Shown one piece after another: positions 46,575 through 54,405 of a stretch of 64,000 bases of DNA. The position numbers were made by a program, and so were the translations under genes. Position 1 is the first letter of the stretch. Every line of letters starts with the position of its first letter. Source of the DNA: a virus; the IMG/VR virus record IMGVR_UViG_3300042564_006854, positions 4,579 to 68,578 of that record. The stretch is one strand, 5' to 3'. The notes beneath the pieces are model-generated. The model saw nothing but the letters and a program-made list of their open reading frames with translations. It was not told where the DNA came from and searched no databases.

Positions 46575-46740
46575 GTTTAATATTTGAACTAGTATATCCG
46601 CTCTCTACATAGTGATCTCCGTTAGACGTGATATATTCACTTACCCAAACGTCAGATCTACTTGTTAGATGATCAAATTTGATAAGTATATCATCACTAG
46701 TTAAATACCATTTACCCTTTATTAATTCTTCTTTTTTCAT
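46492..46740 (-). CDS. YxIY-tail family protein
   Basis: 82 aa; ends ...ISNYPIF. Confidence 0.45.
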   Translation of the reverse strand: MKKEELIKGKWYLTSDDILIKFDHLTSRSDVWVSEYITSNGDHYVESGYTSSNIKREANAKDYQKYPIMGVFTSEISNYPIF

Positions 46741-46741
46741 T

Positions 46742-47056
46742 TTAAAAAATTTGATAGTTTGAAATTTTGTGTGAACCTTCGATCATTTGAAAAAATTCAT
46801 CAATTGAGAGAATATTGTCAAAGTAGTCAGAGTCATCCCAACACTCATAACAATCATAGGTATCATAACCATAGTATTCCCAGTGGTCTCCATCGAAGTC
46901 TCCATTAAATGCCTCATTCATAATATTGAGACACTCTGACCATCTTGGGTGAGAGCTATTAGATTTAACACCAAAACTTGCAGGTAATTTAGATTTTATA
47001 TCCATGATTATTAATTTAGTATATCGAATACGTTGTAATTTCACGTGAGCCTTCAA
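46742..47056 (-). CDS. YxIY-tail family protein (SHPRW-ECLNIMNE subfamily)
   Basis: Ends ...ISNYQIF; paralog of ORF 47016 (SKLPASFGVK.NSSHPRWSECLNIMNE...SIDEFFQMIEGS). Confidence 0.45.
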   Translation of the reverse strand: MKAHVKLQRIRYTKLIIMDIKSKLPASFGVKSNSSHPRWSECLNIMNEAFNGDFDGDHWEYYGYDTYDCYECWDDSDYFDNILSIDEFFQMIEGSHKISNYQIF

Positions 47057-47297
47057 TCATTTGAAAAAATTCATCAATCGACAGGATTACAGCAAACGCT
47101 GAATGATCATCATGGCCATCATATCGACAACCCTTAGTCATACCATAATATTTGTACCCATTTCCATAAAAATGATCACCGAGTGATTCATTCATCATTG
47201 AAATACACTCTCTCCATCTTGGGTGAGAGTTATCGGTCTTTACTCCAAAAGATTTTGGCAATTTAGATATATTACTATTCATATTAATATTATACAT
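47016..47297 (-). CDS. YxIY-tail family protein (SHPRW-ECISMMNE subfamily)
   Basis: 93 aa; ends ...ITTYSIY. Confidence 0.45.
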   Translation of the reverse strand: MYNINMNSNISKLPKSFGVKTDNSHPRWRECISMMNESLGDHFYGNGYKYYGMTKGCRYDGHDDHSAFAVILSIDEFFQMIEGSREITTYSIY

Positions 47298-47326
47298 AAA
47301 AGAGTAAAACTTTAAAATTTAGATAG

Positions 47327-47337
47327 AGATAAATAAT
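47327..47337 (+). promoter_or_regulatory. late-promoter-like motif AGATAAATAAT
   Basis: Lies 28 nt upstream of the predicted (TTG) start at 47355, the same spacing as at other plus-strand late genes. Confidence 0.4.
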
Positions 47338-47354
47338 ATAAATTATTTTTAACT

Positions 47355-48095
47355 TTGAAACATAGAGCACAGACTTTTAATCAATGGGTAAACGAAAAAG
47401 TTGAATATCATAAGGATCTTTGTCCTAAGTTTTGGCAAGATGGAAAAATGGATCCTGAAATAAGAACTAAACTTTTAGCAATTGCTGAAGACTTTTGGAA
47501 TTCACTAAAGTTAGAGGTTCCAATCATGGATATACAGTTAACTGGATCAATAGCAAACTTTAATTGGAATACAGACTCAGATCTAGACGTACATATAATT
47601 ATTGATTTTGCTCAAATTGATCAAAATTTAGAATTGGTTAGAAAAGCACTAGATGGACAGAGATTTATGTGGAATATGCGTCATCCAGTAGTACTTAGAG
47701 GACATGATGTTGAGTGCTATGTACAACACAAAGATGAACAACATGTTGCATCTGGACTCTTTTCAATACTTAGTGACAAGTGGATTATTGTACCAAAATG
47801 GAATGAACCTAACGTTGATGAAAAGGACGTTAGTGAAAAGATAAGAGTGGTTAAATCTGAAATCAAGATGGTTAAACAGAAAATAAAATCTGCTCAAGGT
47901 GAAGAGGCACAACAATTATATGATTATCTAGATCGAGTTAAAGCAAAAATTATGCGTGATCGTAAAGAAGGTTTAGCAAAGGGAGGAGAATTTGCAGTTG
48001 AAAATATAGTATTTAAAGAATTGCGTAGAGATGGAACAATTGAAGAAATAATAAATATTCTCTCAAATATCTATTCTAAAATTTATTCCGAATAA
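47355..48095 (+). CDS. Pol-beta-superfamily nucleotidyltransferase
   Basis: LTGSIANFNWNTDSDLDVHII fits the hG[GS]-x9-13-DhD NTase signature; N-terminus TFNQWVNE|K resembles the capsid-targeting-like motif; start codon uncertain (TTG). Confidence 0.5.
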   Translation: MKHRAQTFNQWVNEKVEYHKDLCPKFWQDGKMDPEIRTKLLAIAEDFWNSLKLEVPIMDIQLTGSIANFNWNTDSDLDVHIIIDFAQIDQNLELVRKALDGQRFMWNMRHPVVLRGHDVECYVQHKDEQHVASGLFSILSDKWIIVPKWNEPNVDEKDVSEKIRVVKSEIKMVKQKIKSAQGEEAQQLYDYLDRVKAKIMRDRKEGLAKGGEFAVENIVFKELRRDGTIEEIINILSNIYSKIYSE

Positions 48096-48113
48096 TTAAA
48101 AAAATAATATTTT

Positions 48114-48575
48114 ATGAAAATTAATGAATGTTCATGTGGATGTGGAGGATCATCTAATAACTGTATGAAAGAAGGCGGATCTGAAGCAAATTACATGTTT
48201 TTTGGAAACCTTGAAACTATTAAACGAATGATTGATGATCTTATGAAAATGGATCCATCTAAAATTGATATGATTCTAAAAAATGGTAATCACAATTGGG
48301 CAGTAGATCATATTGCATCATCAGCAGATGATATTCAAGAAGTATATAATTTCTTAAAAAATGGAGACAATCAATCTCAATTTAAAGGGGATGCATTTGC
48401 TGAAGATCACGGTTTTGTAAAAACCTTTGAAAGCTATATTCTATCCGAATCTACGAAAAAAGATCAAGATGAAGACGGCGATAAAGATTTTGCTGATGCA
48501 AAAGTTGCGCAGTATATTGCTGGAGGAATGAGTAAAGAAGAAGCAATAAAGAAAGCTAAGAAATTTAATAAGTAA
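48114..48575 (+). CDS. hypothetical Cys-rich protein
   Basis: 153-aa ORF with N-terminal ECSCGCGGSSNNC cluster; immediately downstream of the NTase. Confidence 0.45.
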   Translation: MKINECSCGCGGSSNNCMKEGGSEANYMFFGNLETIKRMIDDLMKMDPSKIDMILKNGNHNWAVDHIASSADDIQEVYNFLKNGDNQSQFKGDAFAEDHGFVKTFESYILSESTKKDQDEDGDKDFADAKVAQYIAGGMSKEEAIKKAKKFNK

Positions 48576-48584
48576 AATAAAAAA

Positions 48585-48610
48585 GCCAAAGTTAAACTTT
48601 GGCTTTTTTT
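48585..48610 (+). terminator. rho-independent terminator
   Basis: GCCAAAG-TTAAA-CTTTGGC followed by TTTTTTT. Confidence 0.55.
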
Positions 48611-48681
48611 ATGATTGGACCTTTTCCTTTGGCCAAAAGTTTAAGATCATCGACTCCATATGGAGCCGTCTCTACCTCTTC

Positions 48682-48957
48682 TCATATTAAATCAAATTTA
48701 TTTCCAAGCCTCTGTTCTAACTCTTCAAGCGAATACTTTTTAGCTGCAAGATTAAGTAGAATAATTTTTTCTCCTTGTACATATGTGCCTTCTGGTGAAG
48801 ATTTAGAAGAGTGTTTTGCATCTTCCATCTCAGAGTCATCAATTTCTCTACGAATTGAGGATATTTCAGAATCTGTTGCATGGTTAGTAATATATTCTAT
48901 GACATCATCAAATTCAATCTCAACTTCAACATCCGCTGTTTTATACATTCGTGACAT
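48682..48957 (-). CDS. hypothetical acidic protein
   Basis: 91-aa ORF; preferred over the overlapping low-complexity plus-strand ORF. Confidence 0.4.
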   Translation of the reverse strand: MSRMYKTADVEVEIEFDDVIEYITNHATDSEISSIRREIDDSEMEDAKHSSKSSPEGTYVQGEKIILLNLAAKKYSLEELEQRLGNKFDLI

Positions 48958-48961
48958 ACTT

Positions 48962-49339
48962 CTAGTTTTTAAAAATAGTGTTAAGCTTATTTAATTTGGA
49001 TGAGGTCATTGATGAAAATGACTTAATTTTAACACCATATGCACTAGGCACACGATCTCTCATTCTATTAAATACGTCCTTTACCTCAAGTTGATGCAAT
49101 TTGACAGTTTGCCAAAATAGTTTTTCATTTGCTGGAGAAATAAATGACCATTTTGCATCAAAATAGGTAGCTAATCCAATTTGGGTACCTGTTTCTAGAT
49201 CTTCAATTGAAACATCAACTGACTTGCGTCCAGTATGGCGATAATTATCAATTCTCTTAAAGCAAAGAAGCTTATTATCAGCTAGTTCGATTGAATCTTC
49301 ATAATATGATTCAATTAATTGTTCGATTTGATCGGTCAT
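48962..49339 (-). CDS. hypothetical protein
   Basis: 125-aa ORF. Confidence 0.4.
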   Translation of the reverse strand: MTDQIEQLIESYYEDSIELADNKLLCFKRIDNYRHTGRKSVDVSIEDLETGTQIGLATYFDAKWSFISPANEKLFWQTVKLHQLEVKDVFNRMRDRVPSAYGVKIKSFSSMTSSKLNKLNTIFKN

Positions 49340-49357
49340 GTGTATTTTTAGATTTAA

Positions 49358-49564
49358 TTAATTTCTTTTCCAATAAAGAGTAGAATCTACCCAAATTTCA
49401 GCAATTTTTTGATCTTTTATTAATCTTTGGCAATATGCATTAACGTTTTTAACCTTATCATACGTTTTACTCTTGCCAGTTGTACTAATTGATTTAACTT
49501 CAGATCCACCTGGAGTTAAACTTAATTCATTTGTTCGATATTCGTCGCCTACCTTAAATCCCAT
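49358..49564 (-). CDS. small hypothetical protein
   Basis: 68-aa ORF. Confidence 0.3.
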   Translation of the reverse strand: MGFKVGDEYRTNELSLTPGGSEVKSISTTGKSKTYDKVKNVNAYCQRLIKDQKIAEIWVDSTLYWKRN

Positions 49565-49612
49565 TATTATTACTTTTTTTAAAAGCTATCATCTAAACAA
49601 AAAGATCGCTTA

Positions 49613-49631
49613 AGATAAATAACTAAAATAA
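49613..49631 (+). promoter_or_regulatory. late-promoter-like motif AGATAAATAACTAAAATAA
   Basis: Identical to the motif at 13414; lies 28 nt upstream of the ATG at 49641. Confidence 0.5.
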
Positions 49632-49640
49632 TTATACACA

Positions 49641-50282
49641 ATGTCGGGTAGAGTTTTAAATTTTACGGAATTTTCTGATAAATATTCCAATTCAAGTAAC
49701 GAGCCAGTTAGCATAGATGATCTTACAAATGCTTCTTCTAATTTTGAAGAAGGATTCGATGATGAAACATACGATCAACCAGAAATAAAACCAAATAGAC
49801 CAGTTGCGGGTAACTATGAGATTACTCCATCTGCTCCTGGTGAGACAAATGCTCCTGCATTCTCAGCAGAAAATACAGAAGATATGAATGCTCCTCAAGA
49901 AGAATCAGATGAATCTGAAACTGAATTACCAAATGAAACAGAAGATACTTTTGCTTTTAATAAGTCTAAAGAATCTGAGGAGGATGAATCAACTGAAGAA
50001 GAATCTGAAGAGGAAGAAGAGGAAGAAGATGATGAGCAAGAAGAAGGAAACCCAGAAGCTGGAGCAAATCCTAAAAAGAAAGTGGAGGAAGGTTTTTCAC
50101 TAGTTAAAGGTTTTGCTCAATTTGTTAATGAACAAGCAAATGTATACTTGCCAAAGGAAGTATTTACTGAGAAGGACTATTATGCTAATAGAGAAGAGGA
50201 AGAAGAAGATGACACTTGTCCAGAGTGTGGAGAAGCACCTATTCAAAACGAATATGGAACTTCATGTGGATGTAATATGTAA
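49641..50282 (+). CDS. highly acidic protein with C-terminal Cys cluster
   Basis: 213-aa ORF with a poly-E/D tract; ends DDTCPECGEAP...CGCNM. Confidence 0.45.
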   Translation: MSGRVLNFTEFSDKYSNSSNEPVSIDDLTNASSNFEEGFDDETYDQPEIKPNRPVAGNYEITPSAPGETNAPAFSAENTEDMNAPQEESDESETELPNETEDTFAFNKSKESEEDESTEEESEEEEEEEDDEQEEGNPEAGANPKKKVEEGFSLVKGFAQFVNEQANVYLPKEVFTEKDYYANREEEEEDDTCPECGEAPIQNEYGTSCGCNM

Positions 50283-50300
50283 AAATTTTAAGTTTAAGGA

Positions 50301-50903
50301 ATGGAGTCATTTGCTGCAATAGTTATCGCATTTATAACTGGTGTAATCGGACCAGTATTAATTTTAATCATTAAGAATAGATTAGAAAAGAAAAGAGTAA
50401 AACCTGATATGTTAACTGATGCTCTCAGGACAGGGGAGTTAGTATCAGCAAAGCTTGATCATATTCGAGAAGAATTTAAAGCAGATAGAGTTTGGCTTTC
50501 ACAATTTCATAATGGCGGTCACTTTTACCCAACTGGAAAATCCATTGCTAAATTTAGTGTTATTTATGAAACAGTTAATGCTGGAGTATCTTCAATTCAA
50601 ACAAATTTTCAAAATATTCCAGTAAATCTTTTTACTCGATCAATGAATCAATTATTAGAGAAGGATAAAATTGAAATTGCTGACTATAAAGATGAAACTA
50701 TTGCAACTTATGGATTAAAGTATATTGCTGAAGAGTCTGGTTGCAAATCGGGATATCAATTTGCAATAAAAACCCTAGATGACAAATTTATTGGAGTCCT
50801 AGGAATTGACTATACTAAAAGAAAGACAAAATTGGATCAGGGAGATATCCAAGAAATAGTGGTACACGCCTCTGCACTAGGTGGAGTATTAATGAGTCAC
50901 TAA
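50301..50903 (+). CDS. hypothetical membrane-anchored protein
   Basis: 200-aa ORF with an N-terminal TM helix (AAIVIAFITGVIGPVLILII). Confidence 0.45.
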   Translation: MESFAAIVIAFITGVIGPVLILIIKNRLEKKRVKPDMLTDALRTGELVSAKLDHIREEFKADRVWLSQFHNGGHFYPTGKSIAKFSVIYETVNAGVSSIQTNFQNIPVNLFTRSMNQLLEKDKIEIADYKDETIATYGLKYIAEESGCKSGYQFAIKTLDDKFIGVLGIDYTKRKTKLDQGDIQEIVVHASALGGVLMSH

Positions 50904-50904
50904 A

Positions 50905-51081
50905 ATGAAAAGAATTGTTGAAGATTTCAAAGAATTTATAGATTTAGCAAAAATTAATCAGGGTCCAGATGGATGGACAATATATAGTGCTAATCCTAGA
51001 AAAAAGAAGATTAATAATCGTCGTCATCGTCTAGCTCGTCTAAATCCGACACTGAGCCAGGAAAAGAAAGACTTGGATTAA
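50905..51081 (+). CDS. small capsid-targeting-like protein (58 aa; not in the ORF track)
   Basis: ATG 1-2 nt after the upstream stop; MKRIVEDFKEFIDLAK has the same N-terminal motif class; overlaps minus-strand ORF 51011-51277, so only one of the two may be real. Confidence 0.3.
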   Translation: MKRIVEDFKEFIDLAKINQGPDGWTIYSANPRKKKINNRRHRLARLNPTLSQEKKDLD

Positions 51082-51277
51082 TTGAAGTATACTCCCAATT
51101 AAGTAAAACATCATCTAGATCTTCATCAATCATCATTAACATTTGAAAATATGATGATTTATCTGAACCCTTTTCAAAAAGGATATTTTCACGAATTTCA
51201 TCAATCTTTTTAATTATTTTAGATTGTAATGCTTTATTTAAAGCCACTTGTCTAGCAGATATTTCTTTTTCCTTCAT
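51011..51277 (-). CDS. hypothetical protein
   Basis: 88-aa ORF with an acidic C-terminus. Confidence 0.35.
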   Translation of the reverse strand: MKEKEISARQVALNKALQSKIIKKIDEIRENILFEKGSDKSSYFQMLMMIDEDLDDVLLNWEYTSINPSLSFPGSVSDLDELDDDDDY

Positions 51278-51345
51278 GATTTATTATATCTTAAAACGAT
51301 AGTTAGGTTTCCAAATAAATAACACTATAAAATAAATTTTAACTT

Positions 51346-51798
51346 ATGCGTATTAAAAGACTCTATGAAGCAGATGACGTTCAACAATTACCAATGAATG
51401 GTCAAATGCAACAACAACCTCAAATGCCACAAATGGCTCCTCCTGCACCAGTTGCAACCTCTGCTGAACTAATGCCAGATTTTAGTTTCCAAGATGAACT
51501 TGAGCAAGGCGGAGAAGAGCAAGCAGCATTACCTCAACCTGATGTAATGAAATTAACTGTTCAGGAATTAATTGACCGTTGTAATAAAATTAATCCACTT
51601 GTTTGTATGGGACTACAGCAATTTATTGACTCAAACCACGAGGAGATTCTTAATCAAACAACTGGTGAAGCTCCTGAAGAGATGAATGAATTGCCAGCAG
51701 ATGATATGGATATTAATTTCTCAAAACAAATGGAACCGGAAGCTCCACAATTTTCTCTAGATCAACCTGCACAAGAATTGGACTTTCCACAAGCATAA
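51346..51798 (+). CDS. hypothetical Gln/Pro-rich acidic protein
   Basis: 150-aa ORF; AAATAAATAAC about 32 nt upstream. Confidence 0.45.
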   Translation: MRIKRLYEADDVQQLPMNGQMQQQPQMPQMAPPAPVATSAELMPDFSFQDELEQGGEEQAALPQPDVMKLTVQELIDRCNKINPLVCMGLQQFIDSNHEEILNQTTGEAPEEMNELPADDMDINFSKQMEPEAPQFSLDQPAQELDFPQA

Positions 51799-51799
51799 C

Positions 51800-52075
51800 A
51801 TGAAACTACTAAGACTCGTTGAAGGTTTCGGTGCAGTTATGATGGATCCAGATCCAGCTGAAAGAATTATGAATCCAGATACGAGTAGAGCAGTAGCCAT
51901 GCCGTTTTATCAGGGAACATCTGGGTCAGTTCCAGCACAATGGAGTAATTCACCTATCATAAGCGGTAATAGGTTCTCCAGCTCATTCGGAGCTAATCCT
52001 AGTCAGGAAAAAAAGATTAAGATCCTTTCATATGAAGAGTTTGTAGAGACTACTCGAAAATTTGCAAATAAATAA
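51800..52075 (+). CDS. hypothetical protein
   Basis: 91-aa ORF. Confidence 0.4.
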   Translation: MKLLRLVEGFGAVMMDPDPAERIMNPDTSRAVAMPFYQGTSGSVPAQWSNSPIISGNRFSSSFGANPSQEKKIKILSYEEFVETTRKFANK

Positions 52076-52092
52076 TAAAAAAGCACACTAGA

Positions 52093-52401
52093 ATGGCTTA
52101 CGTAAATAGTTTTAAAAGTTTTCAAAAGGCTGAAGAAAAGGCTGCTCAAGAGGTAGAAGCTGGAGCAAATCCAGTAGTTGATGAGCAAGCAGCTCAACCT
52201 GCGCCAAATGCAGCAGTTCAAACTACTGCAACACCTACACAAACGCCAGTAAATCCAAGCCCAGCAGTACAGGCTGCACAAAAAGCAGTAACTGATATTG
52301 ATGCACAAATTGCTGCACTAAATAGTCAAATTGCTGGATTACAAGCAAAAAGAGCAACAGCACAGGCAACTGTAAATACAGCAACTGCCCAAAAAGCATA
52401 A
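52093..52401 (+). CDS. Ala/Gln-rich low-complexity protein
   Basis: 102-aa ORF; N-terminus NSFKSFQKAEE is capsid-targeting-like. Confidence 0.4.
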   Translation: MAYVNSFKSFQKAEEKAAQEVEAGANPVVDEQAAQPAPNAAVQTTATPTQTPVNPSPAVQAAQKAVTDIDAQIAALNSQIAGLQAKRATAQATVNTATAQKA

Positions 52402-52405
52402 TTAA

Positions 52406-52849
52406 GTGGAAAGAAAAATAAAAACATATCGTCAATTTATCAATGAATCTACTAAAGAGGTGGTTTACCCAACTAATTTTAAAGGTATGGTACAGGGTGC
52501 ACTGGGTGGACTTTATACTTCGATTATGGCAATAGCTAGAGAACTAGCAAATGAAAAGGCTGCTAGAAATCCAAGCAGATATGGAGGAGATATTCAAGAG
52601 GTTGATATTACTAGAGCAATGAATATGATTTTCCATAGTGATTGGAAAAAGAAGATGAAAACTCAAGCTCTTGATCAAGTAATGAAAGGGTCAATGGAGA
52701 GAGCTGGAAAGCAGGATGAGGTAATGGCTAAAAAGAATCATCGTGCAATGGGTAGAGCTCTTGGCGATAAAGAGTTTAATATAGCAATCGATAAGTCTAG
52801 TGTTAGATTTAGTGATGAAAAGGGTGGTGGTGCAGGATCAAATCAATAA
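52406..52849 (+). CDS. internal-protein-like protein with capsid-targeting-like N-terminus
   Basis: MERKIKTYRQFINE|STK vs T4 IPIII MKTYQEFIAE|A; GTG start; 147 aa. Confidence 0.5.
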   Translation: MERKIKTYRQFINESTKEVVYPTNFKGMVQGALGGLYTSIMAIARELANEKAARNPSRYGGDIQEVDITRAMNMIFHSDWKKKMKTQALDQVMKGSMERAGKQDEVMAKKNHRAMGRALGDKEFNIAIDKSSVRFSDEKGGGAGSNQ

Positions 52850-52855
52850 TAAAGA

Positions 52856-53590
52856 ATGACAGAACTTGAATTAATAACGGACATAAACGATGAAATAACT
52901 TTTTCTGGAGCACTTCCATATGGACTTCCTGAAAAAGAAATTAAACGTATTATTGAAAATGCTGCTCGATATTTTTGGGATAATTGGAGATATGCAGTAG
53001 AGAGCAGATACTTATTACTTCCATTAGAACTTTTTAATAACCCAACCTTTAAAAAACTTAGGCAAATTCAATTACCAGATTGTGTACAATTCGTAGTTGA
53101 TTTTAAGGAGGCTCGAGGAGGATCAATGTTTGCAACAATAGATAGAGATTTTTCTGATCAAAAATTTATTGGTTCTGAGATATTTTTAACCCCATTTCTT
53201 GGTGAAAGTATTATGTATAGAACAGTGATGTTTTCATTCTTAGATTTAACTAGAGCAATGGTATTAGACACAATCGCATATGATTATAATAAAAATACTA
53301 AACTTCTTGGAGTTCTTGGACATACTCCTAAAACAAATGCAGTAGTTAGAGTATTTAAAAAATTAGAATACGATAAATTATTTGAAGATGAAATGTTTCA
53401 AAGATATGTAAGATCTCATGCAAAGGTAAGGCTATCTCATATGTTACAAACATTTAATTATACTCTTCCAGGAGGAGTAACTGTAAATTATCAAAACATT
53501 GTAACAACTGCTGAAAAAGAAATGGAAGAGGTTAAGACAATGATGAAAGGTGAAAATACACCAGATTGGATGTTCCTCACTAGACAATAA
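52856..53590 (+). CDS. hypothetical late protein (possible baseplate component by position)
   Basis: 244-aa ORF immediately upstream of the gp25-like gene; no motif recognised. Confidence 0.35.
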   Translation: MTELELITDINDEITFSGALPYGLPEKEIKRIIENAARYFWDNWRYAVESRYLLLPLELFNNPTFKKLRQIQLPDCVQFVVDFKEARGGSMFATIDRDFSDQKFIGSEIFLTPFLGESIMYRTVMFSFLDLTRAMVLDTIAYDYNKNTKLLGVLGHTPKTNAVVRVFKKLEYDKLFEDEMFQRYVRSHAKVRLSHMLQTFNYTLPGGVTVNYQNIVTTAEKEMEEVKTMMKGENTPDWMFLTRQ

Positions 53591-53601
53591 TATTTGCAAT
53601 T

Positions 53602-53979
53602 ATGGCACAACTTAGAGATTTTTATACTAGAACAATGGAGGACCCTAAATATTTAGGAGATCGTCTTGAAGTAAGTGATGAATTGGAATCAGCGATTCAA
53701 CAGGTAAAGATGACGCTTTTTACAAAAAAAGGAGAAGTCCTAGGTGAACCTGACTTTGGAATCGATTTGGAAAATTACCTATTTGAATATTCAATAGATC
53801 CAGATAGATTAGGTAGAGATGCAATGGGTCAAGTAAACAAGTATGTCGCAGAAGGAAGAAAGAGACAAATTAAAGTATCTCCTCTATTATATCCAGATGA
53901 TAAAGCTAATCGTGATATATTTGTACTTCTAATCGACATACCTGAACTCAAGAATCAAATTGCAATGTTTTACGACTAA
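53602..53979 (+). CDS. baseplate wedge protein, gp25/GPW-like
   Basis: KKGEVLGEPDFGIDLENYLFE aligns with T4 gp25 RKGSRPFDPEFGCDLSDQLFE; 125 aa. Confidence 0.6.
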   Translation: MAQLRDFYTRTMEDPKYLGDRLEVSDELESAIQQVKMTLFTKKGEVLGEPDFGIDLENYLFEYSIDPDRLGRDAMGQVNKYVAEGRKRQIKVSPLLYPDDKANRDIFVLLIDIPELKNQIAMFYD

Positions 53980-54365
53980 TCTTCAGTTACTAAATTAACA
54001 ACTAACAGGATAGCTCGAATATTTCTTTGTTCATTTGAAAGCTTTTCAATCTCAATTTTAATAATATCAAGATCACATGTGCTTGAATGTCTAGAGTCAT
54101 ATAACTCAGCTAATTCACGATCATCCTTTGAATCAGTAAGAAAAGCTATTTTTCTAGCTTCTTCATTTGAAAAAAGCTTCTTTCCATTTTCATCAGTTGC
54201 TGCATTAATCTCGGATTTAATTTCTAATTCTCGACTAATAATTGATTCAGATAAAGTGTGAATCTTATCATTATGAGATAATGCTTGGGTTTGAAGGCCT
54301 GCGATCTCATTTGGTAAAACTTCTAGCCTAGAGATAAGGCCTACAATTTTTTCTTTTACTGTCAT
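53976..54365 (-). CDS. hypothetical protein
   Basis: 129-aa ORF downstream of the portal gene. Confidence 0.4.
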   Translation of the reverse strand: MTVKEKIVGLISRLEVLPNEIAGLQTQALSHNDKIHTLSESIISRELEIKSEINAATDENGKKLFSNEEARKIAFLTDSKDDRELAELYDSRHSSTCDLDIIKIEIEKLSNEQRNIRAILLVVNLVTED

Positions 54366-54405
54366 ATAATAATTTTAAGCTAATATACTTAATTATTGAA
54401 TAGGA

